Shown here piece by piece: positions 54,393 to 64,000 of a stretch of 64,000 nucleotides of DNA (its first letter is position 1; each line of letters begins with the position of its first letter). The stretch comes from Corallochytrium limacisporum Hawaii. Lineage: Eukaryota > Protista > Pluriformea. Location: the NCBI GenBank assembly GCA_002811645.1, contig PDIP01000028.1, positions 62,001-126,000 on the forward strand, given 5' to 3'. The notes under the pieces are model-generated. The model saw only the letters and a list, made by a program, of their open reading frames with translations, was not told where the DNA came from and made no database searches. Both the position numbers and the translations under genes were made by a program.

Positions 54393-56980
54393 CCAAGACC
54401 AAATCTTGACAAACTCTATGTACTGGTGCACTGATGCACCTTAGTTCTAACAATCTAAGTTGATATATAACGACCTGCTCCACCTGTTCAATAGAGCATG
54501 TCGTTATTAATACGTCCAATTCGATAAAGGTCACCGATTCTATGCCAGAGATCCGGTGATACTGTAGATCACTACATGGTATCGTGACTTCAGGCGCTAT
54601 CCAGATCTGCAATCGCCATCGACATATACCTTCAGCTAAGCCGCAGGCGTCTACTGTGACTGATCGAAGCACACAAAGGAGCGAAATCTGTAGAGGTAAC
54701 ATCATCTGTCGCACCGAATCCCATACGAACTCACCCCCTTCATCTTTCGACTCAGGGTGGGCCCCCAAAAACTGGAACTGAGTACAAACACTGACTCCGT
54801 GGAGACCAAGCCGCAGCATCAGTACGAGCGAACCACGGGCTCTGCCGTGTGTGCCTATGAGTGATACGACCCGGTCGTACTTTCCAAACTCACACACCAC
54901 CTGCGCGACCGACCACCAAGCCACCGGTACCACTTTGCCGGCCAGGAACACCGCAAGGCACCACGCACCTCCTCTTCTCCGGCAGACCCACCCTCGCCCC
55001 TAGGACCCTTCGGAGCGGCGGTGACTTCGTCACCCGTTTCCTCCGCCCTCGCCCTGTTCCGTCTCCCCTGGCAAAATCGCCATTGTTTCGGTACCGAGGA
55101 GGGCCGTGGTGCGAGAATGAGAGAGATGGATCTGCTGCACAAGACAGCCTCTTTTGGGTGAACCGCGTGAATGGCGGCTAAAATTAGCTCCGTACTTTAA
55201 CTACTGAAGTCCCCTCATTCACCGCTAAGTTGGTGCGAGAGACAGGACGGTGGAAAAAAACTTTTGCGGGTGCGAACTGCTCTCGCTCTATTTTGTACAA
55301 CTCCCCCGCCTGCTCGCTGCTCCCTGCTTCCACTCGCTCAGCCGCTTGGGCGGTAGGTGGTTCTTCCATGCCACAGACATCCACACTGCCGGTGCTCGGG
55401 CTCTTCGGAAAGAGAGCGACCTACTTCCACAGTCCGCAACATTGTCATTGCGCATTATCACACTGATATGTCGCCTTCGAAAGAACGATATGACAGACGC
55501 AGCTCGGAGCTGGGAAAGGCGGCGGGAGCGTGTGGAAGAAGTGCACGGCCTACGCAGATCCCTTCGGAACAAACGGTGAGGTTTTCGTGACTGAGGTCAA
55601 AGGATTGTTTTTGGGGCAGTAGTGAATCTACCATAAACGACGAGGCGTTCCGACAAAAACAATTTTTTTCCTTCCTCAATCAGCTTCCGGTTCTCACCCC
55701 CAAAAATTGCTTTGTTCGTTATTGGTTCAGGGGTTCCCATATTGAATATATCTATGTTCGAGACCAACGCGTTGCGGGACCGACGGGAAAACGGGGAAAG
55801 AAGCCGGAAGGAAAACTTTTTGGGGGCAAAGGAGGTCTTGGTGCGTGGAGAGTTAGATGTGATTTAAATATACCTATTCTTCTAATTAAAGATATTTCAT
55901 ATAAAATTATGCCTATTAAATGATACTGAGTATCTTGAATTTATCGCGGTCCCAGGAACAGCTTTGCGTGAGAACTGTCATTTGTTTGGGCACACTACGA
56001 AATGAACAACAGACATCGTTCTCCACACACAAGCACACGGCGCACCCACTAAGATGAAGAAGGTAAGAAGACATGTCTGTGAGCACCATGCTTGTCTTTC
56101 AGCGACGAGTGTTCGTCCTGCTTTGTCTGCGGAGGTGTTCCCGACTCTTTGTGTGCAATGGCAGAGGCACTTCTGAAAGTGGGTCGTCGAGAGAGCTTGT
56201 GACACATACCGCACTCTGATGAGAACAGAGAGCGCAAACCTCTCAACGTGTCGGTTGTGTATGCGACATTCATGGAACATTCGAAGACAGATTCCACACC
56301 GCACCAAGTTTTCCCATATACAGGAGAAGGCCTATCTTTTCACAACAGAAACTTGACGTGATCCATGTAGACTCGAAATCACCATCGTCGGGCATCGTGG
56401 GTAAGGACAACCCCCATTCTTTCAAAGAAATAGAAGTCGTATGTGTCACCATGTTCGGGAGGAAACGATGAGGTGCTCTGGCGTGTTTGTTGTTGAGTCA
56501 CAAGCGGATCGTGCACTCCCTTGGACACCCAACAAATGGGCAACATATACTGAGCATCCTATGTCTTGGGTTTACTGGCGAAATACTTCGCCTGAAGCAT
56601 TTATGTCGAAGCGTACTGCGCACCCAATCACCGTCAAGGTCCCACCCCTGCTGACTTTCTCCCCAAAAACTTTGGCGGAGACATCACAAATAGTGTAATT
56701 GCAATCAAACTCTAGTGTTTGTACTGATGGATTGATTCGGATGCCGAGATGATTGATGGGGAACGAAGGAGAGACGATGACAAGCTGCCGTGCTTGCGTG
56801 TCTTCCCGTCACATCCGTATGTTGCGAAAGGCTCAAAGGGCAGCTCTAAGTGATTGGGAGTCCAATTGTTGCTCCACTACCTCGCATATGTAACATGGTA
56901 CTATGGCTCTGTTTACTACGGTAATAAAGTAGACTACGCGTTCAAAATCTTGAGGCTATGCCCTCAGCATGTTCCTCTCC

Positions 56981-58210
56981 TTAGATGCGGTGGTAGTTGT
57001 GAGGAACCCAAGGCATCTTCGTCACTGTGGCGTCAGAGAATTTCTTCCGCACCTGCACCTTCAGTTCCGTGCCCTTTTTGTGGTGAGGCTTGTTAATGTA
57101 GGCCATGGCAATGTTCTCGCCGGTGCAGGGGGATGGAATACCTGAGGTGACAGTACCAACCTCTGTGGTACCGTCCGCAGCAAAGACTTTAGAACCAGTG
57201 CGGGCGGGGGATCCTTTGATGACGAGGCCGACACGAGTCCTACGCGCAATCTTGGGGGATGCTGCCTGCGGCAAGATAACATCAGCACCGAGGAATCCTC
57301 CCTCCTCGAGACGGCGCTTGCCAATGGTCCACTTTAAAGCAGCCTCGATAGGAGTTGTCGTCTCATCCATATCCTGGCCGTAGAGGCACAAACCAGCCTC
57401 CAGTCGCAGAGAATCCCGAGCACCCAGGCCTGCAAGCTTGACGGTCTCACCGTCCATTGACTTTAACAGAGCATTGGCCAGATCAGCAGTGCGGTCTGAA
57501 TCAACACTGATCTCAAAACCATCCTCGCCAGTGTATCCACAGCGTGTGATGCGACACTGAGAAATACCAGCAACATCCATCACCGCAGATCCCATGAAGG
57601 GCATCTTGTTCAGGTCTCCTTGAATTAAGGTTTCCAAAGCTGCGGCTGCGGCTGGCCCCTGCAAGGCGAGTAGACCACGACCATCCAGGAATTCAATGCC
57701 GGCATCCATGTCTGGGAAGTTATGCAGCTCCTTAAGCATGTGTGCACGATCCTTATCGGCACATCCCGCGTTGGCAACCATGTTGATGAAGTCTCCAGCG
57801 TTTGAGATTACAGTATCGTCGATGATACCACCATTTGTGTTCGTCATCAAGCTCAAAGCTCCGGTGTTCGGCGTCATTTCCTTGATGTCTCCGACCACTA
57901 GCTTTTCCAAGAAGTTGGTGCGGTCCTTGCCATGAATGGTTAACTGTAGCATATGAGACACATCAAATAAACTGGCCTTCGTCCGGGTGTGCATATGAGA
58001 CTCCTTGTGGGATAGATCACCGTACTGAACAGGCATGGCATATCCTGCAAACTCCACCATTTTGCCACCGTGTTCTAAGTGAAAGTCATACAGGCAGGTC
58101 TTTTTCAGATCCGTGGTAGATGCGTAAGAACGTAGACCCTGGATCACACCGTTACCAGCAGCCGCAAGGGCCTGCACAGGCCTCTTGTGGGCGCGTACTA
58201 CGCTAAGCAT
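56981..58210 (-). CDS. AMT: Glycine cleavage system T protein (aminomethyltransferase), mitochondrial
   Basis: Presequence-like N-terminus, LFDVSHM, GGIIDD, TRCGYTGEDGFEI, GLGARDSLRLEAGLCLYG. First ATG at 58210. Confidence 0.96.
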   Translation of the reverse strand: MLSVVRAHKRPVQALAAAGNGVIQGLRSYASTTDLKKTCLYDFHLEHGGKMVEFAGYAMPVQYGDLSHKESHMHTRTKASLFDVSHMLQLTIHGKDRTNFLEKLVVGDIKEMTPNTGALSLMTNTNGGIIDDTVISNAGDFINMVANAGCADKDRAHMLKELHNFPDMDAGIEFLDGRGLLALQGPAAAAALETLIQGDLNKMPFMGSAVMDVAGISQCRITRCGYTGEDGFEISVDSDRTADLANALLKSMDGETVKLAGLGARDSLRLEAGLCLYGQDMDETTTPIEAALKWTIGKRRLEEGGFLGADVILPQAASPKIARRTRVGLVIKGSPARTGSKVFAADGTTEVGTVTSGIPSPCTGENIAMAYINKPHHKKGTELKVQVRKKFSDATVTKMPWVPHNYHRI

Positions 58211-59129
58211 ACTGACCAATTTTTACTTCTATCCCAAGCACCGAGCACACTTCAAATCCAACTGTACTCTACGGAATAGTGTACTTTGATCAATCCTTGA
58301 TACACCTGATAACACATTAGCCACAAGGATTCACAAAGTGAGCGAATGTCGCCTCCATCGAATCGGATGTCGGGTACGTCCTCCCCGTTTTTCGCATCGG
58401 CCATAGCCTAGGTACAGAGCTCAATATGCCGCAGTGAATCGGTTTTCCTATCAAAACATCGTGCGAAGTGGTTTCGTGCATTTTGGCCAAAACACATAAC
58501 TGTGTCCGGATGCGGAACATAACAATCCCTCATGAGCGGCACTCCTATGTCAAAGTGGGCACACTACTGGACACGACTATTATTGTGTATCCACTGCTGC
58601 CTTAAGGTAGGAAAAACCACCACGCGATCTCTCCCTCCAGACGAGGTGAATGTACCACAAGTTTTACGCTTCTCGGTCCATTCCCTGTGCTTGTCCTGTG
58701 GGGGATCCAAAGGCTGACGACCTCATAACTCTGCCTATACTTCGATAACGAAATTGTCAAAATTCCGTACTGGATGAACTGTAGAGCACAATGTAAAGGT
58801 AGGAGGCCTCTGGTAGGGACGTCACACACTCTGTAGTGAGATGGTAGCGCCCGACACATATTTTTCGCAAGCGGGAAAGAGAGGAGGGAGGAGCGGCAGC
58901 GGCGTTGTATGTGCCGATACTGTTGCGCTATTTCCTCTGAGACCCGCCGAGCCCTACAAACCGAGCATGGAGCGATGGCTATGGTATGAGGTCCTTGAAC
59001 AACTTCGCCACTGGCAATTCAGCTCAGACGCAGCAATAACAAAATAATAGAAAGATCATATGGAAAATTGTGAACTATGACGTAATATAGCGTGACGCCG
59101 GTGTTCAACGAACAAGAAGTGACTCAACA

Positions 59130-62100
59130 ATGGAGACGGTTAACGATCCCCTCCTCAAACCGGCTTCTCCTAAGGAAGAGAGCCCACCAGCACAATATGA
59201 AGATTCAACGGGAGAAACCATCGCAATATCTCGGGAGATTGAGTTAGTCGCAGACCTCGCACAGAACAGTACCTCGCAGGCGAACCTTATTGACGATGCG
59301 CCAGTACCAATAGTAGCTGGAACCCGGTCGTCTCGTACTTCAATTGCATCGATACCACCAGCAAGTCCACCCTCTGTTTTCGAATTTAGTCTTGAAGTCA
59401 AATGCTATGAAGTATTTGCTTCTCCGGAAACGGTTAAAAATTACCAGGGCCAGGTTGCACAGCAGAGGAATCGTTTGCTAGCCAAGCGACATGAAGCGCT
59501 GTCAAACAAGGAGATTTCTCCTGGAGAGAGTCAGGAACTTAAGGATATGAAAGCTGAAACAATCGAGGACACCCTGGAAGAAGAACGGCCACCCAAGGTA
59601 TTGCATGTTCCAGTGGTACCGGTGTACTGTCCGTATGACCGACTCCTTGGGTGCCATCAATTGCGTCGACCACAGCATAACGGTTTGCGAAGAATCCTAG
59701 TCACCATTCATCCCCTGAGTCGACGCAACAAAGCAATTCGAATGCTGCAAGAACGTCGTCATAAGGAAGGGCATGGAGGACCTCCTGGAAAAAAACTGAA
59801 TCTGATTTCTTGCTTGGCTGTGCGATGCGGCTACGGCAAGCGAATCGATGCGTTCAACAGTGGATTTGTTCTGTGTCACGAGATAGCGCAAACAAGGATC
59901 CCCGACGGTGGATTGAAAATTCTTGTAGAGTGGCAGGCGGATACTGGGGCTCCCGAAGCTACAGTATCTCCAGATTCACAGACGATTTCTTCCCAGCAAT
60001 GCAATCCGCAGGGATTCGACCCTAGTGATGGAAAATACTTCACTTTGGAAGTGCAGCTTCAAGTAAATGGTTGCAGGGAAACGGTGTTAGTAGAGCAAGA
60101 GGTACGGATTGGTCAGCGGAAGGAAGGTTTCCTGAATCGCGCGACGAATGCATTTATGAAGATTTTGGGTGGGGGCCCATCATACCAAGAGCCCCCGCAG
60201 GGTGGCAATGACAAAGCCATCACATCAGTTGAGGGGTCTCCGCCAAACCCAGTCGCGTATGGGTCTAATGGAACTCCAACGGAGACAGCTCAAGGTTCGG
60301 AAACGAGAATTTCCCGGATGGCTTCTGACTCATCCGGCTCCACCCTAAGGAAGAGTCCAATTGCGTCCATTGGAGATCTGGAGGAGGAGTGTTCAGTGCT
60401 CAAGGTCCCCGCTGGCGTAGAGATCAATCCGGCCGCCTCGGGACCCTTTATGGCTGCATACGACCCTCAAAATCTAGATGCTCCCGGAGTGAAAGATGAT
60501 CTGCCACGTGAGAACAGTGAGTTGCAGCAAGGTGTTGCTCCCCCTTATTGCTTCCGGCTGATGGTGGATCAAGAGCGCATTGAGAATGGTACACCTGCCG
60601 ATATCGAATGTACACAATCAGAAGAACAAAACCAAAAAGGCTGCACGGACCTTAAGAGCGCTCCGCTGGTGGCTGAAAAAGTGCCAGAATTGCTCCAACA
60701 CGCGGGCCGTGAAGCAGAGCGATACCGCCATTGGCTACAACGTAGAAGCGGGACAGCTGGAACGAAGGTCGCCCAGCAAACAGTGACTGCCGAAGCACCT
60801 ACTCCAAGGAAGCTCAGTCGCGACCCCACGGGACCATCTAACCATGCAGGGGAAGTCGAGTCCCAGACGTCGTCAACTCAATCGTTACGCGTCCACACGA
60901 CAAGTATGGCCAGCTCAATTTCTCTTGCTGCTGATGGGTCATCTCTGAGTATTGCAGACTCTAAGCAATCCATTCCCGGCCACGCGGATCCTTCAATTGT
61001 CGACATGGTTGTCCCACCGGACCATATGTTGCCTTCGGGTGCTGGCCACGTAGAAACAGATGGAGATCACTTGAGCTGGGAAGAGTGGTCGCAAGCTCTG
61101 GTTGCTTGCGAGACTGCTAATTTAATGGAGGGGGAACCAAAGATCAAGGAAGCTGCCCAGGCATCCGCGACGAAGCGCATACGGCAGCTGTCATTGCGCA
61201 GACCGGTCCCGGACAAGATACGCGGAAAGGTATGGCAGTTGGTGTGCGGCGGCGAGCATGCAATTCAACGGTACGTGGATCAGTATCCATACCTTTGCTT
61301 GAAAGCATCTCCACATGACAACGACATCATCAAGGATATCAATCGGACCTTTCCGGCACACGCAGAATTCATGCAACAAGGGGGTGTCGGCCAGGAGAAT
61401 CTGCGCAAGGTGAATCGGGCACATGCCAACTTTGATCCTGAATTGGGGTACTGCCAAGGTATGGGCTACATCACCGCAGTTCTACTCCTGCATCTGCCTG
61501 AAGAGCAAGCGTTTGGCATGCTAGCTTACATTATGCAAGACCTTGATCTGCGTTCAATGTATATGGACGGATTGGCTGGGCTGCAGCTGCGTCTGCATCA
61601 GTTGCATGGAATGACCAAGGACTCACTGCCTCATCTAGCGGAGCACCTTGAGGAGGAAGGATGCAACGTCGGCATGTTCGCACCGGGATGGTTCCTGACA
61701 CTCTATGGCTCTAAGTTCCCACTGCCTTTGGTTTATTCACTTATGGATGTGTATCTGGTGGCTGGGTTCCCATCACTGCTAAAGTTTGCGGTAGCGTTGC
61801 TGAAGGACAACTACGATGCTCTCATCACGCTTCCGTTTGATGACCTCATGAAATTCTTTCGTGGTGCCTTGCCGCGGCGCTATCTCGAAGGTAAAGATCG
61901 TGTTCGTGAAATGATTGAGGGAGTCAAGGTCAAGGATCGAAGACTGAAGCAACTGGAGAAGGAGTTTGGAGACATTGTCATCGGAAAGGCTGCAGATAGT
62001 AATATTCAGCAGCAGCTCGGGGCGGAAGGAGAACTCATAGCGCGACACCAACGGTTGCTCCAACAGTTTGAGAAGCTAGAGAAAGAACACAGAAAGCTGG

Positions 62101-62639
62101 CCAAGGATCACGAAACATTGGTAGAGCGCTTTGTGGCGCTGCAAGTGAAGCAACAGCAAGGGGAGAATGACCACAGGGATACCAAGATCGAGATGGATGC
62201 GCGTTTGAACCATGTGGCCACACAACTGGACGATCACATAGCAATGAACCACGCCTTAAGCCTGCAGAACCAGAAACTCCGCCTCATCTTGATGGAGCAA
62301 GAAGGCGGCAATGCGAAGCTGACGGAAATAATGGGCTCGGAGAACTTGTCAGTGAAATCAAGCGTTTCGTCAAGATCTTTGTCCTTGAACGAAATGGGGC
62401 TAACGATGCCCAGACCAGACAATACCATAGAACGGACTCAGTCCTCAGTGAGTGGAAACTCTCTATCTGGCGTGTCGAAGCTCAGCAGCTGGTTCAAGGG
62501 CTTCACCACCGCCAGGAGTCCTCCTTCAAGCGCCATGGCTGCTAGTGACACGGAGCCCGAGCCTTCGCAACAGAACGTTGTTAGTCCACAGGGTCCCAGG
62601 CCTCTGGCCGACAACACCCTGGATGAGATATTGTCCTAG
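59130..62639 (+). CDS. TBC-domain Rab GTPase-activating protein, RABGAP1/EVI5-like, with C-terminal coiled coil
   Basis: RGKVWQL, Arg finger IIKDINRTFP, Gln finger YCQGM, FAPGWFLTLY, followed by coiled coil. Confidence 0.9.
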   Translation: METVNDPLLKPASPKEESPPAQYEDSTGETIAISREIELVADLAQNSTSQANLIDDAPVPIVAGTRSSRTSIASIPPASPPSVFEFSLEVKCYEVFASPETVKNYQGQVAQQRNRLLAKRHEALSNKEISPGESQELKDMKAETIEDTLEEERPPKVLHVPVVPVYCPYDRLLGCHQLRRPQHNGLRRILVTIHPLSRRNKAIRMLQERRHKEGHGGPPGKKLNLISCLAVRCGYGKRIDAFNSGFVLCHEIAQTRIPDGGLKILVEWQADTGAPEATVSPDSQTISSQQCNPQGFDPSDGKYFTLEVQLQVNGCRETVLVEQEVRIGQRKEGFLNRATNAFMKILGGGPSYQEPPQGGNDKAITSVEGSPPNPVAYGSNGTPTETAQGSETRISRMASDSSGSTLRKSPIASIGDLEEECSVLKVPAGVEINPAASGPFMAAYDPQNLDAPGVKDDLPRENSELQQGVAPPYCFRLMVDQERIENGTPADIECTQSEEQNQKGCTDLKSAPLVAEKVPELLQHAGREAERYRHWLQRRSGTAGTKVAQQTVTAEAPTPRKLSRDPTGPSNHAGEVESQTSSTQSLRVHTTSMASSISLAADGSSLSIADSKQSIPGHADPSIVDMVVPPDHMLPSGAGHVETDGDHLSWEEWSQALVACETANLMEGEPKIKEAAQASATKRIRQLSLRRPVPDKIRGKVWQLVCGGEHAIQRYVDQYPYLCLKASPHDNDIIKDINRTFPAHAEFMQQGGVGQENLRKVNRAHANFDPELGYCQGMGYITAVLLLHLPEEQAFGMLAYIMQDLDLRSMYMDGLAGLQLRLHQLHGMTKDSLPHLAEHLEEEGCNVGMFAPGWFLTLYGSKFPLPLVYSLMDVYLVAGFPSLLKFAVALLKDNYDALITLPFDDLMKFFRGALPRRYLEGKDRVREMIEGVKVKDRRLKQLEKEFGDIVIGKAADSNIQQQLGAEGELIARHQRLLQQFEKLEKEHRKLAKDHETLVERFVALQVKQQQGENDHRDTKIEMDARLNHVATQLDDHIAMNHALSLQNQKLRLILMEQEGGNAKLTEIMGSENLSVKSSVSSRSLSLNEMGLTMPRPDNTIERTQSSVSGNSLSGVSKLSSWFKGFTTARSPPSSAMAASDTEPEPSQQNVVSPQGPRPLADNTLDEILS

Positions 62640-63051
62640 CGCTGCCATTCGCAATAACCGGCGCCCGCGCCCCACCTTAGCCAATGGTGGATGAAATAGG
62701 CTCCACTCACCTACACCGTTGACTGTGGACGAGTATTGACATGAATCTACTTTCCCGTATATTTAATAATCTGGTTTTCAATATACGGGCTCTTGGTGCA
62801 ACTTCCCTGGGCGAGACACAGTTGGTGTTGTGCTGATGATTCGGTTCGGCCCTGGACACAAAGATCAAAGAAATAGCTCTACATCGTGACATTGGTGTAT
62901 GGAGATATGTTTTAATGATGTTATGGAAACTGATGACTTACATGATGAAATATTGATACGGTGAGATGAGATGGATCTCAAAAATATGAACAACTCTGGG
63001 GAGTGGAATAGTCAAATACATTTCTGCCTACTGTCAACACAGGAACTGTGA

Positions 63052-64000
63052 TCATTCATTGACAAGTCTTGCGTTGTACGTAACCATTTCGCCCAGACCC
63101 TTAACAATTTGGCGCGGTAGCGCATCATATTTGAACTTCTTCGCAACATCCGCTCCCTCAGTTTTCACAGCTTCGATTACGGAGCCGTCGACATGGACGC
63201 GTCCAGTCATTGCCGTAGTCTGCATCCGGCTGGCCAAGTTGACGGTATCACCAATAAGAACCCATCGACGATTTACTGTGCCCAAAATGTCTCCCTGCAC
63301 GCAACCACTACTCAACCCCAGAGTAACCTTGCCGGCAATGCCCCATGGATTGTCCTCGGCACCGAATACGCGCATGTTGCTTACCGCAATCGCAAAGTCC
63401 AGAGCCGTGCTGGCATGAGCTGAGTTTTCTTTCGGGCATCCCGTAATCGAAAACATGGTATCGCTCAAGACGTCAACCTTGGTGATACCGCCAATGCTAT
63501 CCCGGACATCATCTATGCGTTGCCATACATCGTTCAAGTAGGCCAGACGGATATCAGAGTCCAAGCACCCTATAGGTTCGACTTGGATGAAGATGACAGT
63601 GGTGCTATCATAATAGCGGTCTGTATTCTCCAGTTCACCCTCTAGTAGCTGCGCCATAACGTCCTCAGGCATCAGAGTGCCCAGCACTGTGTCACTCAGC
63701 CTCTTAGCATTGCTGACAGCCCGAGCATCCCCCGTGATAGCAGCAACTTCGTGCTGGTGAGTAATCTCCAGCATGCAGTAGTTAATCGTAGAAGATAGGA
63801 CAAACTTAGCCGCCAAATCAGCGAAAACGAAGCCAAGGTTGCTGGCGAAGGGACTGAGGATATCGAAGTAGGTTAGGAAGAATATCAACGGAAACAGAGC
63901 CCAGGTTGTGTAGGACTGGTGGCGGAGCATTCGTAGGATGCCGCTGGAATCTTTTGCTAGAGCAGCCTCCATGCCGTTCAAGTCGCTCTGCACCGCGGAC
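63052..64000 (-). CDS. Rhodopsin-nucleotidyl cyclase fusion (CyclOp/RhGC-type), 5'-truncated by the window edge
   Basis: Helix F WALFP, helix G DLAAK (retinal Lys, 63805-63807), helical linker ending LMPEDV, class III cyclase motifs GDTVNLASRM and VKGLGEMVTY. Frame is open to position 64000. Confidence 0.88.
   Translation of the reverse strand, partial: SAVQSDLNGMEAALAKDSSGILRMLRHQSYTTWALFPLIFFLTYFDILSPFASNLGFVFADLAAKFVLSSTINYCMLEITHQHEVAAITGDARAVSNAKRLSDTVLGTLMPEDVMAQLLEGELENTDRYYDSTTVIFIQVEPIGCLDSDIRLAYLNDVWQRIDDVRDSIGGITKVDVLSDTMFSITGCPKENSAHASTALDFAIAVSNMRVFGAEDNPWGIAGKVTLGLSSGCVQGDILGTVNRRWVLIGDTVNLASRMQTTAMTGRVHVDGSVIEAVKTEGADVAKKFKYDALPRQIVKGLGEMVTYNARLVNE

Noticed and set aside
55755-55766. 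B-box-like GTTCGAGACC
   Set aside because: No cloverleaf or A-box could be built around it; not called as tRNA.
33881-64000. Linkage of lipase, ACC and rhodopsin-cyclase as a lipid-eyespot cluster
   Set aside because: The genes are 9-27 kb apart and interspersed with unrelated housekeeping genes; no evidence of co-regulation.

Overview
This is eukaryotic nuclear DNA: gene-dense, about 50% GC and almost intron-free. It looks like a unicellular opisthokont; a Corallochytrium-like holozoan is an inference, not a determination. There are 21 protein-coding genes in order: copper amine oxidase, myosin V-like motor, UAP1, a head-to-head pair of Cys-rich ABCG half-transporters, HDDC2, ASCC2/CUE3, TFIIIC90, TGL4/SDP1 lipase, ATP synthase g, PSF1 (the only gene with evident introns, three of them), JMJD7, RPL31, PCH2/TRIP13, PDRG1, TAF12, ACC, GCVT, a RABGAP1-like TBC protein, and the 3' part of a rhodopsin-cyclase fusion. 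Main candidates: (1) UAP1 ends in the read-through motif TGA-CTA, followed in frame by 19 codons ending in the PTS1 tripeptide SRL, which predicts a hidden peroxisomal isoform. (2) A CyclOp-type enzyme rhodopsin keeps its retinal lysine, but its cyclase domain retains only one half of the catalytic residues, which predicts an obligate heterodimer. (3) The divergent ABCG pair has Cys-rich ectodomains and EF-hand-like inserts. (4) A strong-start ORF overlaps the ASCC2 start out of frame. No rRNA, tRNA, CRISPR array or transposon was recognised. All family assignments are by motif recognition; no searches were run.
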